A DNA stretch of 64,000 bases from Vicugna vicugna (Eukaryota). Numbering within the stretch: position 1 is the first letter of the stretch; each line of letters starts with the position of its first letter. Made by a program: the position numbers and the translations under genes. Positions 10,806 through 22,936 of the stretch are shown here, piece by piece. The notes below the pieces were generated by a model. It was not told the DNA's origin. It saw only the letters and a program-made list of their open reading frames with translations, and searched no databases. The DNA is taken from the NCBI GenBank assembly GCA_013265495.1, contig MU061178.1, positions 1,215,681 through 1,279,680 of the forward strand, in the 5' to 3' direction.

Positions 10806-13800
10806 GCTTAGAACAATGCCTGGCAAGTGGGACGTGCTTGCTAAAGATTAGCTCTGGTTACAAGGAAAAGAGTCAGGAAGCCTTGGGCCACCAGAACTTT
10901 CCTTTTAACCTTAGCTTTTACCGGTAAGGCGCAGAGAGGTGAAGTAATTTGCGCAAAGGTACTCAGTCATAAAGCCTGCTGGGATCGGGGCCACGTCCCG
11001 AGCTGAGACTGGAGGCCAAAGGAAAGACTTGACATCATTTCTCTGGGTGAAGTCTGGAAGAGAGAACAAACTGAGGAAATTTATCAAGAGCCTAGAATTT
11101 AGGACAGGTGCTGTAAAGACTAGAAGTCCAGAGAAGGTGGAGCCAGACTGGGACTGCATCTCTGGGCCTGGCCTGCAGTGGGCAGAAAACGCCAGGAGGT
11201 ATCTGGTCCCCACTCTCTTCGCCTTTTCCTTCTACAGACCTGGAGGGAGCTTCAACGGGGCAATAGAAACGTTTGCATCAGGTCTGCAGCGACCCCTTGT
11301 GGCTACATGGACAACTGCCCTCAGGGGGGAGTCTGTTAATACTGAAAAGCACATCTGGATTCATCCATCAAGCTTTATGCTTTATTTTTTAGCTCTTGCT
11401 CAGTGAGCAGTCCATCCCTGCCTCTGGGAGCTCAGGAGGAGACAGGCATATACTCAGGGTAGTCTTTGTGCTTCTTAAAGCATTTTTTCATGCCTCCATT
11501 ATCCTATTTTATCACACCGAATTGTATTTGTTTTACTGTCTCGCTCTAATTCCAGTCTGTGATTTTCCAGAGCCAAGGGCCAAGTCTAATTCATATTTGA
11601 GTCTCCAGACCTGGCACAGGAAGAGCTTTCAAGATACACCAAAGTATAATTTTTAGACATTCTGGAGTCAGAAAGAGCTGGGTTCTAATCCTGCTTCTGC
11701 TACTTACTAAGCAGCAGAGGGAGCGGAGGGTGACTTACTCTCACTAACCTCAGATTTTAAATCTGTAACATGGCAACAAGAACATTGATTTCTAGGATCG
11801 TGGAGAAGATTAAACTTGTGCACATACAGTATCTTGTACACTCACCCTTTTATCTTTGCAGGAGCCTTGTGGTACCAGTGCTATGTGAACCTTCTCTCCC
11901 TTGAGTTTGGTCACGTGATCTCAACTGGCTCTTTCCCATGGATGCTTCTGAAGGATGCGCAAATCTCTTTCATCTTCAAACCAAACCGTTCCAGCACCCC
12001 TTCTCTGGACTCCACACTCGCCGCGAGCCCCATTCACAGTCCCTAGACTTCAAAGAGGTGTATGGCTGCCTTTCCCAGGCGGGGTTCTGAGCGCTGCGGG
12101 ATCTCAAATGGTTGCAGGTGTTAGAAGATATTGATCATCTCAGTCCTCAGGGGACCTGGGTGGGGCCACACTGCCAGCAGGGGCAGCCTTGTTCAATGAC
12201 CTGATGTTCCACGGAAACACAACTTCTCTATGTGCCACAAAGCGAAAAGGTCTGGGAGACGCCGGTGTGTAGTTTCCTGTCTCCATCTGCTCCCCTCTCA
12301 TTCATCCCTCACCTCGCCCCAGTCTGGCTTCAGTCCCCTTCACGTCTCCAGCACATCCCATGGACAGGTTTTGGCGCACATTCTGTTTGCCTGCTGCTGA
12401 TTGCTCCCTCCTTCCCTAAACCCTGGACTGACACCTCTCCTGGTTTTCCTCCGGGCTCTCTGGCCACTCCTTCCCATTCTCTGCAGGCCCTGCTCCCTCC
12501 TCCAGGGGCTTTGAAGAAGTTCCTCCGACCCCAGTCCCGAACCCTCTTCTCTTTTCACTCACAGTCTCTCGCTAAACATTCTCATCTGTGGTTGTGGTTT
12601 AAATGATCGCTTCTGATGCAGTGAACGACTCGCAGATGTGTCTTTGTAGCGCAGGCCATAACCTTGCATTTAAGACAGGAAACTGCTTACCGGAGGGCTC
12701 AGAGGTTTCTCAAGCCCAAGACTGAACCCAGCCTCTGCCTTCTACCCTGGTCCGCTTCCGGCGTTCCCGGTGTTTGTCCGCAGCACCACTCACCACCCAG
12801 CCATGCACGTCAGGAACCTGGGGTCATGACTCTGATTTGCCCCAAAATGCAAATCAGCCCAGCGAGAATGTTCCCATACCCTGACCCTTTCAGATAACAG
12901 GGATCTTGTAGGTGTGCCTGCACATGTGCTTTGTATTTCCAATGTTTGCAGTTTCCCCACTGCCTGCCCTCACTGTCAGCCTGACCTAAATCCCAGTCAT
13001 GTCTTAGAGTTCAGTTTCTATATCCATTCCTGTGGAAGCTCCTTCCTGACCCCTGCCCCCGACCCAGGCTGGCTTAGCTGCACATATACCTGTCTCAGTG
13101 TTTAGCACATCTGTCTGGCATTGTGCTGACGCCCTGGGTGCCTTCCCCTGCCCAGGACTGCAAGCTCTCTGAGGGCCCCCGGCACATTTGCCTTGTCCTC
13201 TGCGGTGCCTTCAGTGCCTGGCACAGAGCATGTGCTCAGCAAATACGTGTGGGACCGACACTGAGATAGAGCGGAGGCCCCCCTCTCACTGGTCCTGCTC
13301 AGAGACAGCCAGCGAGATGGCTGCTGAATCGTCACTCTTCTACCCTTTCTCAGGTCCTCTCACCCTCCATTCTCTTACTCATAAATAAGTGGATTTTATG
13401 GTGAGAGCCCCCTACCTAAAGGTGCTTGGTTGACTCTGAGCTAGCCAGTATCCAAATAATCCAGTGTCTCTATTCCTTCCTTCCTGGCAGTGGGAGATGG
13501 TCAATTTCTTGCGTGGGGAGGCGGGAGGGGGCTTCCATCTACTCTCAGTAGTTCCTTTGAATCACAACACTACCCCTCTACTTCCTTACCTTTAATTGTA
13601 TACATACCTGTTACATTTCTCCGTGCACGCATTTCCCTGGGTTGCACGTTTAAATGTTTGCAGTTGTGCTTCAGCTTAGGGCAGCCTTGATGAGAAGCCT
13701 GTGGTCACCAAAAGCCGCCTTAGAAATTAGGGAATGGCTCTGTAGAAGGGGCTGGTAACAGGTGGAGGCACATTCTTCCCTGGAGATTGAGGGAGAAAAG

Positions 13801-14149
13801 CATATATAATTAAAGCAATAAATTGGATTTTTTGGGGTTCTCTGTTTACCATTGTCAAACATAATCTATTTCATGCATTTATGCAGAACGCATAAAATAG
13901 GTCAGATTTAATTTTCTTCAGTTTGCTTATTATCCCCTCCAGTTCCCTGGCAGACACAGAACCTGACGGAAACAGGAACGCTACAGACATGTGTATTTGG
14001 GGGGGGGTGGTAAAGGATTTAGTGCACTGGGCCCTGGGAGTTGGATGCCTGTGAGCAAATAAAAACTAAAAAGGGGGATGCGGTATCTGGGAAAGTGCAT
14101 GGTGTTTGGAGTCAGACATTCCTGAGTGAGGATCCCGGCTCCGCTGCGT

Positions 14150-15270
14150 TCACTGTGCAGCTTGGGTTCATTCTCCTCTCCTCCCTGCTTTCATGCCCTC
14201 CGCTGCCGCCACCGCCAATTTCTCTCTCCACTAGATTCTCTTCACCTACAGGTGGACTCGCACAAATACCACCTCAACGTCGCCCTCCGCCCTCCGCATC
14301 CCTTTCAGCTTCCACCCCACATCTCTCCTCCCTTTACCGCCAAGCTTCTCAAAAGAGCCGCCTGCCCTCACCGGGCCCGCACCTCAGTCTCCGGTGATCT
14401 GGCTGCAGCCCCCACCACGCCGCTGAACTGCCTTTGTCCCAGTCACAGTGACTCCTGTGTGGCCAGCCCCGAAGACCGCTCCCTGCCCTCTGATTAGCTG
14501 GCTCCTCAGCAGCGTTTCCAACAGTCAGAGCCACTTCCCTCTTGAAACACATTTCTTTCTGGGCATCCATCAGTCCCCCCGCTCCTGATCTTCCTCCCAC
14601 CTCTCTGGCTCCTTCTGCTTAGTCTCTGCTCGATCCTCCTTTCTGGACACTGAACATAGGGCTCCTCAGAGTTCAGAGCTGGGCTGTCTCCCCTCCTCTC
14701 CCCTTCCCTCCCCTCCCTCCCTCTTCTGATCTCTTCACTTTTTCCACTGCCTCCCTAGTCCCATGGCTTTAAATGGTGTAGGGCAACCCCAAATTTATAC
14801 CTCCTGACCTGACCTCGCCCCCATTTGGGCAACTGATGGAAATGTAACATATCCAAAATAAAACCCTTCATACCTCTCCTCCTTGCGGGGAAGAAACATA
14901 CAAACGGCCCTCTCATGGTCCCCACCCTCCTCCCCAGGTTTTCTCATCCCAGGAAAACTGCCACGGGTTACTCAAAGAGAAATTTCAGAGTCATTCCTCA
15001 GTTCTGTTGGTTCTTCTCCAAAATATATCTCAAATACACCGATCCTCCCCATCGTACTGCTGCCGTTATCCTGGCACTCCCCATCTCTTTTGCCCGCATT
15101 ACTGTGAAAGCCTCCTAGTTCCTTCCCTGCTCTGCTTCCGCCCTCCCACTCATTTCACACACAAAAACCAGGTGACCTCTCGGAACATAAACGGACGCAG
15201 GGTAAATTCTGCTCTGCTTGAGACTTGCAGCGTCTCTCCATTGCACGGAGAATACAACACACCCCTTTTA
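14150..15270 (+). mobile_element. L2 LINE fragment (GC-rich, degenerate)
   Basis: Pyrimidine-rich L2 3' region motifs (gactcctgtgtggccagcc; cattactgtgaaagcctcctagt). Boundaries approximate. Confidence 0.65.
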
Positions 15271-15276
15271 TAACGC

Positions 15277-15290
15277 CCAGCAGGGGGCGC
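15277..15290 (+). promoter_or_regulatory. CTCF consensus site, forward orientation
   Basis: CCAGCAGGGGGCGC is a full match to CCASYAGRKGGCRS. Confidence 0.72.
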
Positions 15291-15458
15291 CCTCTCTCCC
15301 TCCCTGGCCTCTTTTGAAGCCACCTGCTTCTCTTACTAGATGATCCTTCAGGTCGGCTAGAGACCACAGCTCCTCTCCTCAGGGCTTTCAACTGCTTTTG
15401 CCTTAGAGGCTCTGCCCCCCTCCACCACCTCCCGTCCCCCACCCCACCCTCTGTGAGG

Positions 15459-15481
15459 GGTGTGTGTGTGTGTGTGTGTGG
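15459..15481. repeat. (GT)n microsatellite
   Basis: Direct reading. Confidence 0.9.
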
Positions 15482-15489
15482 CTATTAAA

Positions 15490-16150
15490 GGCTCAGAAAA
15501 GTGTAACAGATAACATAGGAAACATCTGGGTATCCACCACCCAGCTCTATAGAACTCTACAATGTTGCCATATATGCTTCAGATTTTTGTCTTTCTTAAA
15601 GGAATAAAGCAGTTCTGAATTAGCTGGAGAGCCCCCCCCCCTTTCCCCAATTCTGTTCTCTCTTCCTTCCCAGAAGGAACTCTTGGATTTGGTATTTGTC
15701 ATTCCCATTTTTTAAAAAATACTTTCATTACATGCATGTGTACCCATCAACAATACAGAGCATTGCTGGCATAGTTAAATTTTATGTAAATGGTCTTTTA
15801 CTGTGGGAGGATTCTGCAGCTCGCCGGGCTGTGTGAGCTGGACCCATGCTGACACATGTGGCTCTGGCTGCCATTCCCACCGTGGCACAGTATTTCATTG
15901 GATACAAAGTCTAACTTTATTTATTCTCCTAATGATGGATAATGGTGCCATTTTCGATTTGGGGCCATTATCAACACTGCTGCAAAGAACATTTGCACAC
16001 GTCTCTTTCGGCACACATTTGAGAACTTCTCTAAGGCAAGACTTTAAAATCGGAATTTCTGAGTAATAGTGTATGCACTTCTTCCACTTGACTAGGTAGT
16101 GTCAGACTGCTTTTCAAAGCGGTTAAACCAATTTCCACTCCCACGGCAGC
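15490..16150 (-). mobile_element. Old L1 (L1ME-like) 3' fragment
   Basis: Antisense L1 motifs (ttatcaacactgctgcaaagaacatt; ccaatttccactccc). Confidence 0.7.
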
Positions 16151-16399
16151 CTGGGCGTTTCCGGAGCTCTGTACTCTCACCTACCGAGAGGCCCAGCTCG
16201 GTCTGGCCCCCGGGGGCGCCACGCAGCCAAGGCGCAGCCGGCGGACTCTGCCCTTCTCTCTGCTAGTTCGTGGTCCCCTGGCCTGGCAGGTAGTCGTTGC
16301 TGAGGACAGGATCCCTGAGGTGTCTTTAGGGTGCACTCCAGCCCCTGGGTCTTAATCCTCCTCTCCTCCAAATATTTTCTGAAATTTGAAGGGAAGACA

Positions 16400-16860
16400 A
16401 AACCAAAATGTCTCCATCTTGAACTAAAAGCAACATCTGTACGCTTAACGTCCAGAATACACAATGCTAACAGTTTAACACATATATTTGCTTCAGATGT
16501 TTTCTTTCTAAGAAACAAAACATTCCAGTTACACTTGACATGCTCCTTCTTATTCTTTTACCTCCTTGTCTTCCAGGAGAGGGTGGAGATCCTGTCTGGT
16601 GGGTATCCAAACCATTTATTTGTACAGCATATGTATTATCCACAAACAATTTATAGACTTGTTTGTTTTTATTTACACAAATGGTATTCTGTACCTAATA
16701 TTCTGCACGTTTCTTTCCTGTGCACACAACATTGGTTCCAAGATAAATCTATGCTGATGCTTGCATATCTAGTTCCGTGTTTATCCATCCTCCTAACAAT
16801 ATATTTTTAGATTGTTTGCCGTTTTTGGCTATTTAAACAATGCCGCATCCACACTTCATC
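16400..16860 (-). mobile_element. Second old L1 (L1ME-like) 3' fragment
   Basis: tttacacaaatggtattctgtacc...gtttatccatcctcctaacaat...ttgtttgccgtttttggctatt. Confidence 0.65.
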
Positions 16861-17038
16861 AGAACAGAGACTTTGGGGTTTTGTGTATGCTTACTTTTGA
16901 GCCCCTAGAAGTGTACCTGGCACTTAGTAGGTGCTCAGTAAATTTATATTGAGTTAATGAATAAATGAACAGCCTGATGTATGTTTCTAGGTTGCTCACA
17001 TGCAGAATTTGTTCAGAACATACATAGAAAAATGAAGT

Positions 17039-17142
17039 GGGGGGAGGGTATAGCTCAGTGGTAGAGTGTGTGCTTAGTAGGCATGAGGTCCTGGGTTCAA
17101 CCCCCAGTACCTCCATTAAAAAAAAAAAGTTAAAAAAAAAAA
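17039..17142 (+). mobile_element. Camelid vic-1-type SINE (short form)
   Basis: A/B boxes plus poly-A tail; approximate TSD aaaaa(g)tgaag. Confidence 0.92.
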
Positions 17143-19338
17143 GTGAAGGGCCTGGATTTTCAGGTGAGCTTGCCGTCCCTAAAGGTGTTGTGCTGACTTA
17201 CCTACCCCTCAGCAAATCTGAGAGTTTTTATTTTCTCCTATCTCGGTCACCTTTGGTGTATTGAGATCTGGTATATGTGTGTGTCCAACCTGACGTATAT
17301 CAAATCCTGCCTTATTATGTTAATTTGCATTTCCCTAATGCCCTTCTGGTCCCCTGCTCCCCCATCACTGTCTTCCTTTGTGGCTTCCAGGTTATTACAT
17401 GAACAGAAGTGCGTTGGGGTGGGTTGAGGTTCACTCTCAAGCTCTCAAGGGTGCAGCCTGACTGCTGCACCAGCCTGGAGTTCTCCCCACATCCCCAGCC
17501 TCCTCCCCTTCCTGGAAGGTCTTAAGTATATGTTTCAGGCCAGATCCAGGACCTCAGGACTCAAGAGCAAAGTGTGGATACCCAGGGTCACCCTTCCTGC
17601 CCAGTCCCACCTTGAGCTCTGCAGGCTCCCGTGAGAGGCAGGAGAGGGCTTCCTGGGTGCCCAGGCTGGTCTGTATTCTCTGGGTCTCCGGCTGGAGAGT
17701 GCCAGCCAGGAGATCCCTGGGACCCAGAGCCCCTCTGGTGTTTGTAGCCACCTTGATGCCTAAGAGGACCCTGCGTGTTCCCATGCTGGCAGCTGTCTTT
17801 GGGGTCCCCTCTTGGCACACACTATGCCCTCTACTTACAGGAGAATATGCCATCTGGTCTGTTTGGCTCCTCTGTGTTTGACAAATCGACCGCTATTTGG
17901 AGAAAAGAAGACAATTTTGAAGGTAAGGGGATGGATGTAATGGGAGGGAGGGCTGGGTAGTCGGGGTGCAGCTGAGGGAGAAAGTTTGAACTCACAGGGT
18001 ATATCTTGCCCTTGGGACCACAGGGAGAAATATTGGGCTGAATGCAGCACCAGGGGTCACCACACCTCTGGGCCTTTGAATCAGGTCAATAGCCCAAGAT
18101 GCAAAATGGGAGGCCAGTGAAGCCGCCAGAGCAGCAGGGTGTGCAGGAGCCGGTGCAGCTGCCATCTGAAAGCCACACATTTCTAGCATGTAGGGATGAC
18201 ACTCATGCGAGATCCTTTCCCATTTGAAAAATATTAAAAAATCATAATCTGCGAGCCCAGAGGGTGAGCACTCTGGCTTAACAGCCCTTTTACTTTCTTT
18301 TGCAAAGCAGTAAAGTCATTAACTTCCAGCAAGCAGGGAAAGTGTGTTCTTACTTAACTCCGATCGTTCAAAAAGTCGTGAAAATCGGCCGCAGAGAGAC
18401 CCTGTCTCCTCATTGGCAGTGTTAAATCATTAAGCATTGTGCTGCTGCTAAGCAATGGGGCTGTTCTGTCCCTGTGTAACTGCAGAAAAGTGGGACCTAG
18501 TGACATGTCCTCTGCTCAGAGGCCGGTGGTGACGCCACACTGTGGATCAGATACAATCCTAACTCTTTGGTGTGAGTTTCTGCTGCCTCTCACCACCTCA
18601 ATCTAACCGTGTGTCTTCTGCTAGCCACTGGTTGAGGTTTCTACCTCGTCCGTGCCAGTTGATTCCCTGCATCTTTCCCTCTCCCTCACTGCCACCCATT
18701 CATCTTGCCCACCTAAGTGTGGACTCTGTACCTGACATGTAACATTAGTATTTTTCATATCATCCAACATTTTAGGCTGTCTGACCACACCCCCCCCCGC
18801 ATTTCACTGAAGCTCCAACTTTTTGAATTTCACCAGACACAGTCCTCTTATCTCTTCAGCCATCACTCCAACATTGTTTAAGTATTTCTGCTTTGCATCT
18901 TTTCTAATTGTATCCATCTTTGCACGCACACTTAGGGGTGTTCATGTGTCATGTATCCCGCACTAGGTTATACATCCCCTAGATTTGTCCTTTTCTTCCC
19001 ATTTCTGCATCTGTGCGCAGGTACCCAGGCAGGTGACAGCATGACAGCTAGTCAGTTGCCACGTGCTTACTGAGCACCCATGTGTCAGGCACTGTTCTGG
19101 ATGCTGCAGGTATGGGAACCACCCTTAGTCTCTAGTAGGAAGGAGAAATTAAACAACTAAATGAATCATAGATGAGCAGAGGGCTGCAAGCTAGGACAGA
19201 TGCTTTGGAAATATGTGTGGGTGTATGTTGGGTGGTTGGACACCTTTCCTCAGAAATGATGTTAAGCTGAGACCAATGGAAGGGTAGAAGTTGGGAGCTA
19301 GGCAGAGCAGGGGAACAAGTCATCTCAGGCAAAGGGAA

Positions 19339-19835
19339 TGAAACAGAGCAGGACCCGGTGGGGTCCTCCCTGGTACAAATCCTTTTTGTCCCCCATGTCT
19401 TGTTTGTAAGAAATAGGCTTCATTCAGCCTCCTTGACCTTCCTTGAGTTCCAAAGGGCAGGTTCAAACAGTTGCTAATCAGGGAAGGGAGGGATACAGAG
19501 ACCAGGGAGGAGCAGTCAAGAAACAATGGCACAGCCTTGGGGCAGGGCTCTGGTTCCTCCTCAAGGAATATACATAACAATATCTTTGAGCTCTTCTGCA
19601 GGAACTGGGGCCCCCACCCAGGTGGAGGATGGCAACTTCAGGCAGAGCTCAAGATCCCTATTACCTCACCACCAACCAGTCAGGAGAAAGTCACCCACCC
19701 TGCAGCCCCCACCCCAAATCTTGCCTATAAAAACTTTTCCTCCAAAACCTTCTGGGAGTTTGGGTTTTTGGAGCACGAGCTGCCTGTTCTCCTCGCGCAG
19801 CCCTGCAATAAACCTTGGCCTTTTGTTTGGTAACA
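19339..19835 (+). mobile_element. Solo ERV LTR (ERV1-like)
   Basis: TG...CA termini, TATA (cctataaaa ~19725), AATAAA at 19808, 4-bp TSD ggaa/agaa. Confidence 0.8.
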
Positions 19836-19860
19836 AGAATAGCACGTGCCCAGACTGTCA

Positions 19861-20703
19861 TGTAGAGAGAGCATAAAGCATCTGGTAACAGGCAGGAAAG
19901 GGTTAATTCAGCAGGTCTGAGTTGCCCAAACTTCATACTTCCCAAAGGTCTTCAGGACTTCCCCTTGACTCACTCTTGCAAGATGATCTTTGAGCTAGAG
20001 AGCATAAAGCATCTGGTAACAGGCAGGAAAGGGTTAATTCAGCAGGTCTGAGTTGCCCAAACTTCATACTTCCCAAAGGTCTTCAGGACTTCCCCTTGAC
20101 TCACTCTTGCAAGATGATCTTTGAGCTAGAGAGCATAAAGCATCTGGTAACAGGCAGGAAAGGGTTAATTCAGCAGGTCTGAGTTGCCCAAACTTCATAC
20201 TTCCCAAAGGTCTTCAGGACTTCCCCTTGACTCACTCTTGCAAGATGATCTTTGAGCTCTTGTAATACCGTGCCTGATAAGGGTGTCTGCATACCTGAGA
20301 CCTTGGGCCAGGCCGGACAGCCTGCGGACAGAGTGGTGCTGATTGCCCGGTTTTACATCCTGAGGCTGCTTTGGACCATCCGTATCAGTCTGACCTCTGG
20401 GGGGGCTGGACACCAAGAAGCTAAGTTCAGTCACGCAGGTGTTGCCTACCTGACTACCTGGCTGACCCCCAACAAAAACCCTGCCTCGGGAGAACTTCCC
20501 TGGTTGGCAGTATTATGTGTCGTCGCACGTTACAGCAGGGAGCACGAAGCACAGCTTGTGCAACCCCACGTGCCTTCCTCCTTTGCTGATTGTAAACTGT
20601 ATCCTCTCACAGCAATAAAACGGAATGGAGAGTATAACAGACTTTCTGTGAGTCCTTGTAACCAATCATCCAACCTGAGGGTGGTCTTGGGGACCCCGAC
20701 ACA
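19861..20703 (+). mobile_element. MER21-like solo LTR
   Basis: 3' end gtataacag...ctgtgagtcctt...aacctgagggtggtcttggggaccccgacaca matches the MER21 family 3' end as I recall it. TG start, AATAAA ~20613. Confidence 0.75.
19866..20258. repeat. Perfect tandem array, 3 x 131 bp
   Basis: Units 19866-19996, 19997-20127 and 20128-20258 read identical base by base. Confidence 0.97.
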
Positions 20704-20777
20704 GGGAGTGCAGAGAGAACAAGGGCTCTAGGGGAGGGGAGTGAATGAGGTGAGGACGGAGATGGAGAAAGGGAAAG

Positions 20778-21422
20778 TGTTGCCCGTCGAGGTAGCCAGC
20801 GCCCGGGTTCTTGTTCCGTCCCAGAAAGAATTCAGAGGAGACGTGGAGGTTAAGAAAGTAAAGTGGGGATTTATTAAGGGATGGACAGTACACTCTCAAG
20901 GGGAGAGCGGGCAGGCTCAGGTGAGCAGCTGCCCTGAGTTCCTTGACAAGTTAGTTACATAGACTGTAAAAATGAATGGGCAGAATATTCATTAGGGAGG
21001 GAAGGGTCTGGGGTTGTGTTCCCTGATTATCATCCCAACTCCACATTCCCAAACGGAGGGGGGATTTTTGTCCTTATTTAGTCTGGATCGGAAGTGTCAT
21101 GGTGTTGGTGTATGACAGGGACTTCTGATCTGCAAGGCTGATTTTATGGAAATGAGGGCATAATGAGCAAAAGGTTATATTTGGACACTGGAAATTCCGA
21201 CAAAGAAATCATCTTTCTTTCTTGGTCTCCAGGCCACTTATCACCTCAAAAGGTGTGAACACTTATCAGCCCAGAGGTTCCTGCTTTTCTTTCTCTGCCC
21301 AGGGACCCCTGGTGTTACATGATACATGGTTTCCTGCATTTGGCCTGTGTCTCTCCTTTCTGCCCAATTTGGTCTGCATCCCCCTTTCTCTTCTCACATC
21401 TAGCTGTCTGCCTGTTCTAACA
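20778..21422 (-). mobile_element. Solo ERV LTR, antisense
   Basis: TGTT...AACA inverted termini and a minus-strand AATAAA (tttatt ~20870). No clear TSD. Confidence 0.7.
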
Positions 21423-21475
21423 ATTGGATTCCTCGGGGCCTTCTAGGTCAGAGTCAATAATGACATGGTTCTGCC

Positions 21476-21852
21476 TGTGGGCTTGACCCCAGTGTGGTTA
21501 CTTTAATTCTATTCTACGCCCTAGACTGCACCCAGCCCTGACTAGATCTCAAAAAAAGTTACCTAAAGAAAACGAACCAATTGGTGAATTTGCATTGGGT
21601 GGGGCTGGGGGAGCCCAAGGGCACATAAAACCTAAGGGAGCAGGTGAGCAGTGTCACCTGTCCGGAGGGCTATACCCACTGCATCCTGAATGGCCAACCT
21701 TGGGCTTGAAGCAGAATTACTCAATACGTATTGGTAAAGAAGAAGCAGTGGTGTGTTTATTGCAAATGCTTGGTGAAATAAATCCCAGAACCGTTTTCTG
21801 CACTGAATCCCATAAAACGAAAACTCAGAGGTGACATCACCAATCTGTTTCA
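21476..21852 (+). mobile_element. Probable LTR with intact promoter motifs
   Basis: TG...TTTCA ends, CCAAT 21577, octamer 21588, GGGTGGGGC 21597, CATAAAA 21624, AATAAA 21777. Family not recognised. Confidence 0.5.
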
Positions 21853-21868
21853 TGATCACATATCCACG

Positions 21869-22400
21869 ATGACAGAACAAGTCAAGGGAAAAACAGCAGG
21901 GGAGAGTGGTTGGAGCAATTTAAGCAATTTATTGGCACAAAGGACTCAGTCATCAAAATTGCAAATAAGTCATCAACTTCGGGCATGGATGTGCACCGGA
22001 GCGCTTCTCAGATTTCTGCTGGCTTGGACAGGCGAGCTGCCTTCTCGAGAGTCTGCCTTGAATCTGTAATAGCTGGAGAAAAGTTCTAAAGTCACGGAAG
22101 AAGTGCTTATGCAACTCATTTCAAAATCATTGGGGGACTATATTTTTGATGGTGCAGGAGGTTGGAGGCAGAAGCCTGTTCGGGGGGACGGCTGCGCTGC
22201 CAGGTCAACGCTCTTAAGTCAGGGCAGGGCTGCCCAGGCCTGGGGTAGCAGCGCTGGGGAGCTGTGTGGTCTCAGAGTCCCACGGACGGCCCCGTGAGCC
22301 GAGGGCCTCGATTCTAGGGAACACAAGATGCTGTTACATAACTTCTAATTACAACCAAGTCTCTTCTCTCTGTTCCCAAGAGGGAAGGCAGTTTATACTT
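21869..22400 (-). mobile_element. Possible further antisense LTR
   Basis: Minus-strand AATAAA ~60 nt from a ...TGTCA end; LTR-like size. Family not recognised. Confidence 0.35.
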
Positions 22401-22798
22401 ACTTAGACAAACTCAAGCTTGAACCTAGTGACTCCAGGTGTGCTCCTTAGACTCTCTGGGCCTCTGTTTACTCATCTGTGCACTGGTCATTATAACAGGA
22501 CCTTTGTCATCGGGTGTAAGACTCAATGAGATAATGTCTACAAAGCTCTTGGCAGAGTGCCTGGCATACATTAAGGGCCCAAACAACAACAACACAACCA
22601 GAAAGGACTTTCGGGTTTTTAATTAATCCTCAGACATAAAAAGCCATTTTTGAGGGCTCCCTGCCAGTCACATGTGCCCCAAGACCGTCATGCTGGGTGA
22701 GGACATCCTCATGCTCTGAATTAGTTAATAATGGACGTGACACAAGTGCCCTGATGAATCAGTGTCACTATTTCGGACTTGGATGCTTGGGCTGCATT

Positions 22799-22936
22799 AA
22801 AAAATTTTTTTAAGGGGGGAGGGGAGGTAATTAGGTTTTTATTTAGTTAGTTTTTAATGCGGGTACTGGGGATTGAACCCAGAACCTTGTGCAGGCCCAG
22901 CACACGCTCTACCGCTGAGCTATACTCGCCCCCTCA
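22799..22936 (-). mobile_element. Camelid vic-1-type SINE
   Basis: Antisense A/B boxes; TSD ggctgcatt at 22790-22798 and 22937-22945. Confidence 0.92.

Larger units (their letters stand above)
19050..21460 (-). mobile_element. L2 LINE split by three LTR insertions
   Basis: Segments 19050-19338, 19836-19860, 20704-20777 and 21423-21460 rejoin into a continuous antisense L2 (caggcaaagggaa+tagcacgtgc resembles L2 caggcagagggaacagcatgtgc). Confidence 0.65.

Noticed and set aside
12174-12187. CTCF-like sequences here and near 7744, 16207 and 37822
   Set aside because: Wrong G-run length or mismatches at core positions.
19866-20258. Repeat array considered as CRISPR-like
   Set aside because: Units are contiguous with no spacers, lie inside a mammalian LTR, and no cas genes are present.
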